A DNA stretch of 64,000 nucleotides, from contig OY969100.1 in the NCBI GenBank assembly GCA_963697895.1, positions 1,920,001 through 1,984,000 on the forward strand. The letters are read 5' to 3'. The stretch's first letter is position 1; each line of letters opens with the position of its first letter. The notes under the pieces are model-generated. The model did not search any database and had not been told where the DNA came from. It saw nothing but the letters and a program-made list of their open reading frames with translations. Source of the DNA: an uncultured Methanomicrobiales archaeon. Its GTDB lineage: Archaea > Halobacteriota > Methanomicrobia > Methanomicrobiales > Methanospirillaceae. Positions 9,967 to 21,204 of the stretch are shown piece by piece. Made by a program: the position numbers and the translations under genes.

Positions 9967-11246
9967 CAGTATCCCGTCCTGTACCGCAGGATCGCTGCGA
10001 TACCCCCGAAGGCCGATGCAAGGATCGAACCCTCCTCAAAGTCATCAGAGATGATCTGCACCCGTGTGCTTGTCTGGTCTGCGAGATTTGTTAGTTCCTC
10101 GATGATATCCACTTCTTCCTCGACAACGAGCGGAGCCGTGCAGATGCGGCACGTATTGGCAAGAATGTCCTTCACGGTCTTTCCCGGTTCGAGATGGATC
10201 GTCCGTTCTTCTGAATGTCCGCAGCTCTGGCACTTTATCCTAAGCCGTGACTTTCGCAGGGACGAAGAAAGAAGGAGCACATCGACGGATCCGAGGTCCA
10301 GGTTTTTCCTGATACTCTCCTCCCCATAGGCGGCAAGACCATTTTCCTTGACGAGTTCCTTCAGGAATCGGTTCATGATCTCCTTCTCTTTCATCACCTC
10401 GACACCTTTCAGGGCATCCTGTGCGGCGTCCACGAGTTCGGGAAGGCCGCTCTCATTGGTATAGGAGACATCAAAGAGGCCGATGATGCGCTGCTGTAGT
10501 TCGTGATGAAGGTATTTTCCGTCTGCGAACTCCTCCTTGGTCGGGCTCGGACCTCCGATCAGGACTCCCTTGAACCGCTCAAAAAAGTCCTTTTCGGCCA
10601 GAAAAACGGCACTCGCCCGCTCGCCCACCTTGGTATAGAATTCGTTTATCGCGATCTCGCGCAACCGCTGGAACCGAACGGCAGATTGTCCCCCTTTGCG
10701 TTGTTTTCCTGGAACCGTGGAATTTGCCCCGGCGATCGGCTCGATCCGGTTGCCACGGAGGAAACCCCAGTACGCCTCCCGCCGGTCAAGGACGAGGAGG
10801 CCGTAGACGTTCTTCTCCTCCAGCATCTCACGGAGTGGTTCGAGCTCGAAGATTGAACTGCACCGGTACATGTAGAGGTTCAGCGGTTCCGGCGGTTCTA
10901 TGATAGTGCATTCGAGGTCCGTGCGGTCTCCACCGAGGAGAATGGTTCCGCAGAAGATTGCCAGACCGTTTTCCGGGGGTTTTTTATAATATCTCAACCG
11001 GGCGAGGATCGAAGAGATAGCACTCTGTACATTCGTCCGGGTCTGTTTGCTCTTGATATTGGCGCACTGACCGAATTCGTCCCTTAACTGCCCTGTCACA
11101 TCATGAATCTGTTTGTCCGGGGGAATATAGATCGTGATGAGCTCTGTACCGCTCCCCTGCTTGGCCTCAAGCTTCTCGAGCGTTTTTTTGAACTCATACC
11201 GGCGTCTCCCTTCATCCATCTCTGTCGCTTCGGTCATTCCCCGCAT
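9966..11246 (-). CDS. prf1: Peptide chain release factor aRF1
   Basis: NIKS, YRCSS and GGQS motifs, C-terminal GGIAAILRY. Confidence 0.97.
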   Translation of the reverse strand: MRGMTEATEMDEGRRRYEFKKTLEKLEAKQGSGTELITIYIPPDKQIHDVTGQLRDEFGQCANIKSKQTRTNVQSAISSILARLRYYKKPPENGLAIFCGTILLGGDRTDLECTIIEPPEPLNLYMYRCSSIFELEPLREMLEEKNVYGLLVLDRREAYWGFLRGNRIEPIAGANSTVPGKQRKGGQSAVRFQRLREIAINEFYTKVGERASAVFLAEKDFFERFKGVLIGGPSPTKEEFADGKYLHHELQQRIIGLFDVSYTNESGLPELVDAAQDALKGVEVMKEKEIMNRFLKELVKENGLAAYGEESIRKNLDLGSVDVLLLSSSLRKSRLRIKCQSCGHSEERTIHLEPGKTVKDILANTCRICTAPLVVEEEVDIIEELTNLADQTSTRVQIISDDFEEGSILASAFGGIAAILRYRTGY

Positions 11247-11276
11247 GCCCCGTAAAGAATTCAGTATATATTGATG

Positions 11277-12149
11277 CTATGTATCTTTAAAAGTGAGCAC
11301 TGTTTCCTGAATGATCCGGTCTGCACCCTCATTCATCCCATGAGTGCCATTGAACACAATGAACTGCTTCGGCTCTCCTGCCCGTCCGGCGAGCCGTTCT
11401 CCGTCTGCAAAGGGAATGATCGTGTCAGCAATCGCGTGGAGAACCCATACCGGTCGTGGAGAGATCCGGGATATCTCATATTCGGGATCGATGCTGTTCA
11501 GGAACCTGCTGGCATTTCCGGTATACTGCGATCCTGAAAGGTTAAAACCAGTGGTGGAGACTCCGATATAACCAGAAAATTCAGGATCCGCCGCAGCAGC
11601 AACCGCCGCGTACATCCCTCCCCGCGACTCGCCACAGGCAAAGACCGGGACCTGATAGCGATTCTGGATAAACCTCCTGCCTTCGCTCATATCAAGCGCC
11701 ACTGCATATGTCTGGGGCCATGCCCCTGCCAGAAACCGGTTGTAATCGGTCTGAATTGAATATGGATAACCCTCCGTTTTGCCGCCATTTCCTCTTACGT
11801 CCACAACAAGAAACGCAATGCCATGGGCGGCAAAATCGAGTGCACGAGCCTGGTGTCCTTCCGCCGGAACGCCCGCCCCTGGTGCGAATACAATTGCAGC
11901 CACCGGATCTTCAGGAGTGGCGAAGATCGCGTTCACCGGCGTGCCGAGATCATTCAATACGAGTTCTGAAAGGGTAATATTCCCCATTTCTGAATGTGAT
12001 TCTCCGGCAATGATCGGAGGAGACGCAACGATATGCAGATCCCCCGTTGAGCCGACCGTGTACGTGGGGGAATCTCCTGCCGTATGAAGACAGCCGGCAC
12101 CAGCTATTAAGCCGAGAACGAGTCCGGTCAGGAGGAGAAGACCCCTCAT
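11277..12149 (-). CDS. Exported/lipoprotein alpha/beta hydrolase
   Basis: Signal peptide with AGC lipobox-like motif. GESRGG nucleophile elbow, Asp (DTIIP) and His (GTHG). Confidence 0.8.
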   Translation of the reverse strand: MRGLLLLTGLVLGLIAGAGCLHTAGDSPTYTVGSTGDLHIVASPPIIAGESHSEMGNITLSELVLNDLGTPVNAIFATPEDPVAAIVFAPGAGVPAEGHQARALDFAAHGIAFLVVDVRGNGGKTEGYPYSIQTDYNRFLAGAWPQTYAVALDMSEGRRFIQNRYQVPVFACGESRGGMYAAVAAAADPEFSGYIGVSTTGFNLSGSQYTGNASRFLNSIDPEYEISRISPRPVWVLHAIADTIIPFADGERLAGRAGEPKQFIVFNGTHGMNEGADRIIQETVLTFKDT

Positions 12150-12652
12150 CGGATCCCCTGCCGGGAACGGTGTACCAGGCATATGGTCTTTGCATCGCTG
12201 ATCCGGCCATCAGCAATCATCTCTTCCAGTTCCTCCCCGGAAAAACGTACCACTTCGATGACCTCGTCCTCATCAGGATGGAACGAGGATGACGGGGAGA
12301 GGCCGTAAGCCTCATACAGATAGATCCGTTCGTCGGTAAATCCCGGGGTTGTATATATGAAACCCCGGGGTTCGAAACGTTCGGCAGAGATTCCCGTCTC
12401 CTCGATGAGCTCACGCCGGGCGGTATCGAGGGCGGTTTCTCCCGGATCAACCGTCCCGGCAGGGACCTCGTAGATATATTCGCCGATCGAGAACCGGAAC
12501 TGGCGGATTAGATAATACGAGCCGTCCTTCCGGACCGGGAGTATGGCCACTGCATCTCCCGGATGCACCACGAGCCGTTCGACTTCTTTCCCGTTCGGGA
12601 GGAAAAACGAATTTCGTTCGATCACCAGGCGTTCCCCGTGGTAGATCTCCAT
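12146..12652 (-). CDS. NUDIX hydrolase (ADP-ribose pyrophosphatase-like)
   Basis: Nudix box GTVDPGETALDTARRELIEETG, downstream TPG, DAKT motif. Start placed at MEIYHG. Confidence 0.9.
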   Translation of the reverse strand: MEIYHGERLVIERNSFFLPNGKEVERLVVHPGDAVAILPVRKDGSYYLIRQFRFSIGEYIYEVPAGTVDPGETALDTARRELIEETGISAERFEPRGFIYTTPGFTDERIYLYEAYGLSPSSSFHPDEDEVIEVVRFSGEELEEMIADGRISDAKTICLVHRSRQGIR

Positions 12653-12654
12653 CC

Positions 12655-13323
12655 TTACTCTTCTCCGTACGGGATTGGATCTTCTATCCCCAGCTCGTGA
12701 AATGCAGCCCTCCGGAAGTGACAGGCACCACAACGGCCGCATGCCCGTGTTTCATTCTGGTAACAGGACCAGGTATGCTCATACGGAACATGAAGTCCCA
12801 TCCCCACCCGGAGAATATCGCTCTTTGTCATATGAATGAAAGGGGTGTTCAGCCGGATATGAGTGCCATCCCGTGTCCCGAGATCGATAACCTGCTGGAA
12901 TGCTTCGATGAAACGAGGTCGACAGTCCGGATATCCGCTGTAGTCCAGAGACTGGACCCCGATGAAGATCGCCTCTGCATCGCGGGCTTCGGCACAGCTG
13001 GTCGCTATGGAGAGCAGGTTTGCATTCCGGAACGGCACATAGGTGTTCGGAATGCAGACCCGTTCTTCGTCGAATTCCTCCACCCTCATGGAGTGGTCTG
13101 TCAGACTGCTTCCCCCGAAACGGGCCAGGTATGCCAGATCGACCTCAATGAACTCCTCGACTTCGAGGAGGGAGGCGATCTTCCGGGCGCATTCACGCTC
13201 CCGTTCTTCCGTCCGCTGCCCGTAGTTGAAATGGAGAGCCAACAGGGTATATCCTTCTTCCCGGGCAAGGTATGCAAGGGTGGCAGAGTCCATTCCTCCG
13301 GAGAGGAGGCACACCGCTTTCAT
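12655..13323 (-). CDS. queC: 7-cyano-7-deazaguanine synthase QueC
   Basis: SGGMDS, YGQR, YVPFRN, YPDCR, TWSCY...CGRCGAC. Confidence 0.96.
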   Translation of the reverse strand: MKAVCLLSGGMDSATLAYLAREEGYTLLALHFNYGQRTEERERECARKIASLLEVEEFIEVDLAYLARFGGSSLTDHSMRVEEFDEERVCIPNTYVPFRNANLLSIATSCAEARDAEAIFIGVQSLDYSGYPDCRPRFIEAFQQVIDLGTRDGTHIRLNTPFIHMTKSDILRVGMGLHVPYEHTWSCYQNETRACGRCGACHFRRAAFHELGIEDPIPYGEE

Positions 13324-13931
13324 CAGCACACCCCTATCAGCCGGTGGAGCTGCAACTGCAGGCGAACGGGGAGGTCATTATCGATGACAATCTTGGCAAT
13401 TCTGTGATAATCGGATCCAAACACCGGGGAAATAAAGACCTCGCCCTGTATATGATTACCGGAGAGGATCTCCATTGCATACCGGCAGTCATGCTCATCT
13501 GCAACGACAAATTTTACCGAGTCTTTTTGCCTTATCTCGGAGAGAAGTGAAAGATCGCTCTGTTCGTGGGATGAAGGACACTTTACGTCCATACAGATAG
13601 AGGCAAATCGCTGAAAGGGACGAAAATCGAGAGAACCGTTCGTCTCGATATCGATCTCGTATCCGTACGTCATAAGTTGCTGGAGGAGAAGAAGGAGATC
13701 ATCGGCCTGGATCAGGGGTTCCCCTCCGGTTATACAGATATACCTCCCGCCGAGAGAACCTGTCCGTTCCAGCACTTCCTGAATGCTCCGGGATTCTCCA
13801 CCGGAAAGCGCAGCGGGGGTGTCACACCACGCACACCGGAGGTTGCAGCCGGAGAACCGGATAAAGGTACAGGGCCGACCCTGGTTTCTGCCTTCTCCCT
13901 GGATGCTCCGGAAAATTTCAGCGATCCGCAT
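13323..13931 (-). CDS. queE: 7-carboxy-7-deazaguanine synthase QueE
   Basis: [30 protein letters not shown]. Confidence 0.95.
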   Translation of the reverse strand: MRIAEIFRSIQGEGRNQGRPCTFIRFSGCNLRCAWCDTPAALSGGESRSIQEVLERTGSLGGRYICITGGEPLIQADDLLLLLQQLMTYGYEIDIETNGSLDFRPFQRFASICMDVKCPSSHEQSDLSLLSEIRQKDSVKFVVADEHDCRYAMEILSGNHIQGEVFISPVFGSDYHRIAKIVIDNDLPVRLQLQLHRLIGVC

Positions 13932-14331
13932 AAGAACACTCTGCGTAACAGGTCGGGGATTCCCAGACGCGGACGAGGGTCACCTGAACATCCCTCCCGG
14001 TTCGTCTGCATTCCGTTTCGAGAAGATCCCGGATGATAGCTGCAAGCAGTTCGCTGGTCGGGTCCCCCGGGGTGGTACAGACACGGTGAAACTGTTCAAT
14101 ACAGGGTACCATCGGATCTGCCGCATTGAGGATGACCTGGTGGTCATACCGCTCTATGATAGACCGGATCATATTGTAATCGATCAATATCCCCGATTCC
14201 TCTCCTGTTTCACCCTCGATGCAGACCTCCACCTTCCAGCGATGGCCATGCAGGTGGGCGCATTTTCCTTGATAATGGAGCAGACGGTGACTTGCGTCGA
14301 ATGTGACCTCTTTGTAAATCCGGGACCTCAT
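13918..14331 (-). CDS. queD: 6-carboxytetrahydropterin synthase QueD
   Basis: FDASHRL, CAHLHGH, PTSE, VWES. Confidence 0.93.
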   Translation of the reverse strand: MRSRIYKEVTFDASHRLLHYQGKCAHLHGHRWKVEVCIEGETGEESGILIDYNMIRSIIERYDHQVILNAADPMVPCIEQFHRVCTTPGDPTSELLAAIIRDLLETECRRTGRDVQVTLVRVWESPTCYAECSYADR

Positions 14332-14411
14332 TATAAAGCGTATGCCTGCGAATGATATAATATTATTATCAATGTGGTGTTATAGATACAGGCAGGCGTG
14401 AGTAATGGCAC

Positions 14412-14421
14412 AATATATAAA
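14412..14421 (+). promoter_or_regulatory. Candidate TATA box for rps12-rps7-fusA
   Basis: AATATATAAA in the AT-rich divergent queD/rps12 intergenic region. Confidence 0.45.
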
Positions 14422-14496
14422 TTCCTTCCGCGCTTTTGTATATATCTCAGTGAGTCATATCTGCACGGGTAAAATCAACGTTTATGAGGGTATTCA

Positions 14497-14925
14497 ATGG
14501 GACAGGGTAAATTTGCAGCCAGAAAGCTGAAGCGCAACGCAAAAAAATTCCGCTGGAGTGATCCGACCTATGCACGCCGGCAGGACGGTCTGGACCTGAA
14601 ATCAGACCCGCTCGAAGGAGCACCGCAGGCACGGGGCATCGTCCTTGAAAAGATCGGGGTCGAAGCCAAACAGCCGAATTCGGCGATCCGGAAGTGTGTC
14701 CGTGTTCAGCTGATTAAAAACGGGCGACAGGTGACCGCTTTCGCCGTGGGTGACGGAGCGATCAATTTCATCGATGAGCATGACGAGGTCGAGATCGAGG
14801 GAATCGGCGGACGATTGGGGAGATCCATGGGGGATATCCCCGGTGTCCGGTATGTCGTGACCAAAGTGAACAACGTATGCCTCCATGAGATGGTCATCGG
14901 GCGGAAGGAGAAACCACGCAGGTGA
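14497..14925 (+). CDS. rps12: 30S ribosomal protein uS12
   Basis: [22 protein letters not shown]. Confidence 0.98.
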   Translation: MGQGKFAARKLKRNAKKFRWSDPTYARRQDGLDLKSDPLEGAPQARGIVLEKIGVEAKQPNSAIRKCVRVQLIKNGRQVTAFAVGDGAINFIDEHDEVEIEGIGGRLGRSMGDIPGVRYVVTKVNNVCLHEMVIGRKEKPRR

Positions 14926-15533
14926 TCGGAATGACCGAAACTGTAGCAAAGGAATCCGGGGAAAAGACCCCGAAAGGACTTCTCTTCAACCAGTGGGATA
15001 TGAGCGAAGTCCAGATCAATGACCCGAGTCTCGTGCGGTACATTAATCTCCATTCCATGATAGTTCCGCACTCCTGTGGAAAATTTACCCGTCAGGAATT
15101 CAATAAAGCCAATATGCTCATCGTGGAACGCCTGATCAACCGGTTGATGAAATCGGAGATGAATACGGGAAATAAGCAGCTGGCAATCAGGATCGTGAAG
15201 GACGCGTTCGATATCATCTACAAGAAGACCAAAAAGAATCCGGTGCAGGTGCTCGTCGACGCAATCGCCCAGACAGGTCCCCGGGAGGAGACCGTCCGGT
15301 TGAAGTACGGGGGTATCAACGTCCCGAAATCGGTCGATACCGCTCCCCTCCGCCGGGTGAATACCGCTTTGTTCTTTATATCCGAGGCGGTGCAGAAAGC
15401 CTCTCACAAGACGAAGAAACCGGTCAGTGCATGCCTCGCGGATGAACTGATCGCTGCGTCCAAGGGTGATGTGAAGACCTACTCCGTGAATAAGAAGGAA
15501 GAACGAGAGCGTATTGCAAAATCCGCTCGATAA
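14922..15533 (+). CDS. rps7: 30S ribosomal protein uS7 (start may be 14931)
   Basis: [28 protein letters not shown]. Confidence 0.97.
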   Translation: MIGMTETVAKESGEKTPKGLLFNQWDMSEVQINDPSLVRYINLHSMIVPHSCGKFTRQEFNKANMLIVERLINRLMKSEMNTGNKQLAIRIVKDAFDIIYKKTKKNPVQVLVDAIAQTGPREETVRLKYGGINVPKSVDTAPLRRVNTALFFISEAVQKASHKTKKPVSACLADELIAASKGDVKTYSVNKKEERERIAKSAR

Positions 15534-15566
15534 ATCTGGAAATCTATCTTTTTTATGGTGTTTTAA

Positions 15567-17759
15567 ATGGCTCGTGGCAAAAAAATGGTTGAGCGTGTAA
15601 CAGAGCTCATGAATGAACCGGTACATATCCGGAATATCGGAATTGTAGCGCATATCGACCATGGAAAGACAACCCTCTCCGACAACCTCCTGGCAGGCGC
15701 CGGTATCATCAGCGAGGAACTTGCCGGCAGGCAGCTCTTCATGGATTCGGACGAGGAAGAGCAGGCGCGGGGAATCACCATCGATGCCAGCAACGTCTCG
15801 ATGGTCCACGAATATGAAGCACAGGAGTATCTGGTCAACATGATCGACACTCCGGGGCACGTGGACTTCGGGGGAGACGTCACCCGTGCGATGCGAGCGG
15901 TCGATGGAGCACTCGTGTTGGTCGACGCGGTCGAAGGAACCATGCCACAGACCGAGACGGTGCTGAGGCAGGCATTAAAGGAGCAGGTCCGCCCGATCCT
16001 CTTCATAAACAAGGTTGACCGGTTGATCAACGAGCTCAAAGTGGACGAGATGGAGATGCAGATCCGGCTCGGTAAGGTGATCGACAAGGTGAACAAGCTG
16101 ATCAAGGGGATGAACGAGGAGCGCTACAACAATGGCTGGAAGCTGGATGCAACACAGGGAACGGTTGCGTTCGGGTCCGCCCTCTATAACTGGGCGGTCT
16201 CTGTCCCCTATATGAAGAAGAGCGGAGTCTCGTTCAAGGAAGTCTATGACCGGTGCCGGGAAGGGGATATGAAGACACTCGCAAAAAAGAGCCCGCTCTG
16301 CGACGTCGTGCTTGATATGGTAGTCAGACACCTGCCAAACCCGGTCGAAGCGCAGAAACGCCGAATCGGGGCGATCTGGCATGGCGATGTGGAAAGTCCG
16401 GAAGGGAAAGCGATGATCCACTGTGATCCGAACGGTCCGGTCACCCTGATGGTCACGGATATATCGTTCGATCCGCATGCCGGAGAAGTGGCAACGGGGC
16501 GACTATTCTCCGGAAAATTGAAACGGGGTCAGGAACTCTTTGTCATGGGGACGGCAAAGAAAGGAAACCGGCTCCAGCAGGTCGGTATCTTTATGGGGCC
16601 GACCCGGGTGGAAGTCGAGGAGCTCTTTGCAGGAAATATCGCGGCGGTTACCGGCCTCAGAGACGCAGCAGTAGGGTCAACCGTTACATCGCTTCAGGAC
16701 ATGACTCCCTTCGAGTCTCTGAAACACTACAGCGAGCCGGTGATGACCGTCGCCGTCGAGGCAAAGAACATGAAGGACCTGCCGAAACTGGTGGAAGTGC
16801 TCAGGCAGGTAGCGAAGGAAGACCCGACTCTTGTGGTGACCATCAACGAGGAGACAGGCGAGCACCTCATAAGCGGCATGGGTGAGCTGCATCTTGAGAT
16901 CATCACCGGCCGTATCAAGCGGGACAAGGGTGTCGAGATCGTCACCTCTGAACCGATCGTGGTGTACCGGGAAACGGCGGTACAGAAGGCAGGACCGGTG
17001 GAAGGGAAGTCACCAAACCGCCATAACCGCTTTTATGTCGAGCTTGAACCGATGCCGGATGCGGTTGTTGAACTGATCAAGAACGGAGGGGTCTCCATGA
17101 ACATGACCGCGCTCGAGAGGAGGGATACACTCACGGGAGCCGGAATGGATAAGGAAGAGGCGAAGGCGGTCAAGGACATCTATGGGACGAACATGTTCCT
17201 CGATATGACGAAAGGTATCCAGTACCTGAATGAGACGATGGAACTGATACTGGAGGGTGTTCATGAAGCACTGGCAGGCGGACCTCTCGCCGACGAACCG
17301 GTCCAGAACCTGAAGATCCGGCTCGTGGATGTAAAGCTGCATGAGGATGCGATCCACCGCGGTCCGGCTCAGGTGATCCCGGCGGTCAGAAGTGCGGTAA
17401 AGGCCGGACTGCTCATCGCAGGCGATTCCCTTCTCGAACCGATCCAGAAGATCCAGATCACGGTCCCGACCGAGCAGATGGGGAGTGCCACTTCACAGAT
17501 CCAAGGCCGTCGCGGGCAGGTCTTTGATATGCAGAGCGAAGGTGACACGATCACGGTTATCGGAAAGGCACCGGTGGCAGAGCTCTTCGGGTTTGCCGGG
17601 GATATCCGTTCTGCAACAGAAGGACGTGCAATGTGGAGCACGGAGTTCGCAGGATTCGAGCTGGTGCCGAACAATCTGGTAAAGGAAGTGGTGATGGCAA
17701 TCCGCAAACGAAAGGGTCTGAAGGAGCAGATACCCCAGCCGTCGGATTACCTCGCGTAA
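15567..17759 (+). CDS. fusA: Elongation factor aEF-2
   Basis: [22 protein letters not shown], diphthamide loop [11 protein letters not shown]. Confidence 0.98.
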   Translation: MARGKKMVERVTELMNEPVHIRNIGIVAHIDHGKTTLSDNLLAGAGIISEELAGRQLFMDSDEEEQARGITIDASNVSMVHEYEAQEYLVNMIDTPGHVDFGGDVTRAMRAVDGALVLVDAVEGTMPQTETVLRQALKEQVRPILFINKVDRLINELKVDEMEMQIRLGKVIDKVNKLIKGMNEERYNNGWKLDATQGTVAFGSALYNWAVSVPYMKKSGVSFKEVYDRCREGDMKTLAKKSPLCDVVLDMVVRHLPNPVEAQKRRIGAIWHGDVESPEGKAMIHCDPNGPVTLMVTDISFDPHAGEVATGRLFSGKLKRGQELFVMGTAKKGNRLQQVGIFMGPTRVEVEELFAGNIAAVTGLRDAAVGSTVTSLQDMTPFESLKHYSEPVMTVAVEAKNMKDLPKLVEVLRQVAKEDPTLVVTINEETGEHLISGMGELHLEIITGRIKRDKGVEIVTSEPIVVYRETAVQKAGPVEGKSPNRHNRFYVELEPMPDAVVELIKNGGVSMNMTALERRDTLTGAGMDKEEAKAVKDIYGTNMFLDMTKGIQYLNETMELILEGVHEALAGGPLADEPVQNLKIRLVDVKLHEDAIHRGPAQVIPAVRSAVKAGLLIAGDSLLEPIQKIQITVPTEQMGSATSQIQGRRGQVFDMQSEGDTITVIGKAPVAELFGFAGDIRSATEGRAMWSTEFAGFELVPNNLVKEVVMAIRKRKGLKEQIPQPSDYLA

Positions 17760-17873
17760 TTTGATTCCCAGACGAATAAACGGAAGACGCCATCGGAAAT
17801 CAACTTATCGCCCCGTATTTTTTTGAATTTTCAAAAAACAAAAAATGAAATAATCCCTCGCAAATTTTTCCGA

Positions 17874-18353
17874 TCAGGCTATCGTGGCATGGAGGATCTG
17901 TACCGGTTCCCGCGGGCGATCGGCGGCATCTGTTCTGACTTTTGCGATGAGGTCGACGATCTCCATTCCCTCAACCACCTTTCCGAAGACCGGGTGCATC
18001 CTGTCCAGATGGCTGTTGTTCACGAGATTTATGAAGAACTGGCTGCCACCGGTATTCGGGCCGGCATTTGCCATGGCAATCGTTCCTCTCGCGTTGTGGT
18101 TTTTCCCGGAAAACTCATCGGGAATCATATATCCAGGACCTCCGCGGCCGGTCCCGGTCGGATCCCCGCCCTGGATCATGAATCCGGGGATAACCCGGTG
18201 GAAGATCACCCCATTATAAAAACCCTTTCTTACGAGCTTTTCAAAATTACCCGCTGTGACCGGCATATCTGGAAAGAGCTCGATGACGATCGTGCCAAGG
18301 TTGGTATCGAACCGCACCCGTTTGGCCCCTGGAAGTTCTTTATCCGCAGGCAT
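17874..18353 (-). CDS. Cyclophilin-type peptidyl-prolyl isomerase
   Basis: FHRVIPGFMIQGGDP, AMANAGPNTGGSQFFI, HPVFGKV. Confidence 0.95.
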   Translation of the reverse strand: MPADKELPGAKRVRFDTNLGTIVIELFPDMPVTAGNFEKLVRKGFYNGVIFHRVIPGFMIQGGDPTGTGRGGPGYMIPDEFSGKNHNARGTIAMANAGPNTGGSQFFINLVNNSHLDRMHPVFGKVVEGMEIVDLIAKVRTDAADRPREPVQILHATIA

Positions 18354-18531
18354 ACTATTCTATTCCTTTCGGGGGGAATTAATACATTGGAAATATGAAA
18401 TCCGGATGTCGGTTATGGAGAAACAAATGGTCCAAAAACAGAAAAGAGGAGATCGATGGGATTGAGTAAAAATATATTTTCCTCTGCCGTTTTCCCGGCT
18501 GCGGGGAACAGGAGAAGTATGGCAGAATACC

Positions 18532-19712
18532 ATGGATGACAGGATCGTTTCTCTGGTGCGGTGCACGGAATATCAGGCTGAAGAAGTTCGCCGGTCGGTG
18601 CGGGATGCAATCGACCTGATCGGCGGGATAAAACGTTTTATCTCCCCGGGAGATCGTGTCCTCCTCAAACCCAATCTCCTCCAGGGCCTCTCACCGGACC
18701 ACTGTGTCACCACGCACCCTCTTGTGGTCTCCGCGGTCGCAGCGCTGCTCAGGGACTACGACTGTGAGGTGGTGATCGGAGACAGTCCCGGGGGGGAATC
18801 CTCTACAATCCGGCAAGTCTCGAACGGACGTACCGGCAGGCAGGATACGATATAATTGCGAAAGAACCCGGAATCCGGCTGAATATGGATACGTCCTGGA
18901 CTGCCACCGCCAATCCGGCGGGGGTTCTGGTAAAACGATTTCCGATTATTAATCCCGTGCTTGTAGCGGACCGGGTCATCGTTATTTCAAAGGCAAAGAC
19001 CCACCTGTGGACCCTCATGAGCGGAGCCGGAAAGAACCTCTTCGGGGTTATCCCCGGCCTGGAGAAACCGGCTTTCCATTCCCGTTTCCGGGATGACGCA
19101 ACCTTTTCACAAATGCTCCTTGACCTGAACGGGCTGATACGTCCATCGCTCCAAGTTATGGATGCGATCGTGGGAATGGAAGGAAACGGCCCTCTCTCCG
19201 GCATACCAAGGAAGATCGGTGCGATCTGTGCAAGCCCCTCGTATCTGGCGATGGACTTTGTTCTCGCACGGCTGATAGGGATTGAACCGTCTGAAGTCCC
19301 TTTTATCCGGGTTGCGATGGAAAATGGACTCTATCCCGGGAATACCCGTTGCATCAAGACGATAGGAGAAGAGCTGGAGGATCTGATCGTCCCCGATTAC
19401 CGGAAGCCTTCGACATATCTTGGTACCGGAAAGGGTATTCGGAAAAATGCCGCGCTTGCGCTCGTCCAACGGGCAGGAAAAGTCTATTCCCTCCGTCCAT
19501 CCGTGATATCCGCCCGATGTTCCCGATGTGGCAAATGTACCATGATCTGTCCTGTGCAGGCGATCGCCCTTGGGGGGAAGGGAGCCATTATCGACCCGGG
19601 CCGATGCATTCGTTGCTATTGCTGCCACGAGATGTGCACGGAGGGGGCAATCGAACTGAAACGCGGTGTTGCCGGTAAGATCATTGCCCGCTGTTTCGGG
19701 ATGGATGAATAA
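18532..19712 (+). CDS. DUF362 protein with C-terminal 2x[4Fe-4S] ferredoxin domain, -1 frameshift in G7 run 18790-18796
   Basis: VLLKPN, TTHP, GDSPG, KTH, MDAIVGMEGNGP, two CxxCxxCxxxC motifs. Adding one G joins ORFs 18532 and 18885. Confidence 0.88.
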
Positions 19713-19989
19713 GGGACAATGCAAATATCCTCACGGATACTTGCCCATATGAGTGATTTGAATTCGGGTAGGAAGTCCCCGGGTTCACGGTAACGAGAGA
19801 AAGAAGGGGATAAGGAAGGGTTACGGATCCCTTTCCGTGTACGAGACCCTCTGGCACTGATGAAACTAAAGGTGGACCCGATTATGGCATCCTCATTTGC
19901 CACTCGCATGGAAATGGAAACCACAATCTGCCATTGAACTTTCTGTTCCATTTCGAAAGACTCAACTGAAGCGGGGTCGAAGATGGTTC

Positions 19990-20499
19990 ATGCCAGGAGG
20001 CAGACTGAAGATCGTGGTCTTCGGATCATTCAATGCAGGAAAGTCTACGTTCATTCAGACACTGGACCCGGAATCTCATCACGTCGAGGCGGACATTGTT
20101 GGTGGCACAACAACGATCGCGATCGATTTCGGCCGGGTCCGAATAGGGGAGCGCCTTATATACCTTTTTGGAACACCCGGCCAGGACCGCTTCGAGTTTG
20201 TCCGCGAGATCGTTTCACGGGGTATGGACGGTGCAATCGTCATGATCGATGCAACCGCTGCACCCGACTCTTTCACCGGGCAGATCTGCCAGACACTCCG
20301 GGAAGAAAAAATACCCCGCATCATTCTCCTGAACAAATGCGACTGTGATGAGGCGAGACCTGAGCAGATCCGGATTTCAGTTGGCCCTGAGGATATCCTG
20401 TGCATATCCGCGCTTTCCCATGAAGAGGCCTCTCTTGCCCTGGAGCACCTGGTCGCATCGATTCCATTCCGGCATGGAATATGCGAATCCCCAACATGA
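19990..20499 (+). CDS. Small GTPase, MglA/ATP_bind_1-like
   Basis: G1 GSFNAGKST, G2 TTT, G3 LFGTPGQ, G4 NKCD, G5 SA. Confidence 0.88.
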   Translation: MPGGRLKIVVFGSFNAGKSTFIQTLDPESHHVEADIVGGTTTIAIDFGRVRIGERLIYLFGTPGQDRFEFVREIVSRGMDGAIVMIDATAAPDSFTGQICQTLREEKIPRIILLNKCDCDEARPEQIRISVGPEDILCISALSHEEASLALEHLVASIPFRHGICESPT

Positions 20500-20694
20500 C
20501 TTCATGGTCTGTGTTTTCGGGAACAAAAGGGCAATCCCCGATTTTAAAGGTTTTTTTTACAGTTGGATTCCAAAAAAAATTAAAATTCCCTGCTTTCCCT
20601 TTCTCGAAAGAACGGAGGTATCTCGCATCGATTCAGATGTGATAGATATTTCATGTCAGATCCGTATACCGGGAATAATTCTATCAGTTTGCTT

Positions 20695-21204
20695 TCAGTT
20701 TACCGGACCGATCTTCTTCGTGAGCGCGGCGGCCCACTCTCTTATCTCCTCCCAGTCCCGGTAATCCCCCGGTTTCACCCCTCCGAGGGTGATGATCGAA
20801 CGGTCGGCCATCGTCATCACATCCGGCACCACCCGGCCCGCAAAGAGTGCCGTATCGATCAATTCCACAAATAGTCTTATACTGTCTATTGCCCGGTCTG
20901 CATTGCGCAGATGTTCTTCCAGCCTGTCTTTTAGTGAGTAACCCACCGCAAACGCGGCCACCTGCCGATGTGAAAGGGCAATTTGATGATCCTTTACGAA
21001 CTGTATCGCCTCAGGCAGCCATTTTCCCATGTAGATCGGACTCCCGATGATGACACTGGTATATTGCTTCAGGGAACTTACTTCCGACACCGGAACTACA
21101 TCCAGCTGCAGACCCGCAGCCCGTAACGTCTCACCGATGACCTGCCCGATCTCCGCGGTCGATCCGTATCGGGATGCATAGCAGACCAGCACTCGACCCT
21201 TCAC
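20695..21204 (-). CDS. Flavodoxin-domain protein (HemG-like, Flavodoxin_5)
   Basis: YASRYGSTAEI, GSPIYMG, GDYRDWEEIREWA. Confidence 0.88.
   Translation of the reverse strand: MKGRVLVCYASRYGSTAEIGQVIGETLRAAGLQLDVVPVSEVSSLKQYTSVIIGSPIYMGKWLPEAIQFVKDHQIALSHRQVAAFAVGYSLKDRLEEHLRNADRAIDSIRLFVELIDTALFAGRVVPDVMTMADRSIITLGGVKPGDYRDWEEIREWAAALTKKIGPVN

Noticed and set aside
19857-19960. Hammerhead ribozyme (CTGATGA ... CGAAA)
   Set aside because: No stem II closes between CUGAUGA and GAAA, and no consistent stems I/III with a cleavage triplet could be built.
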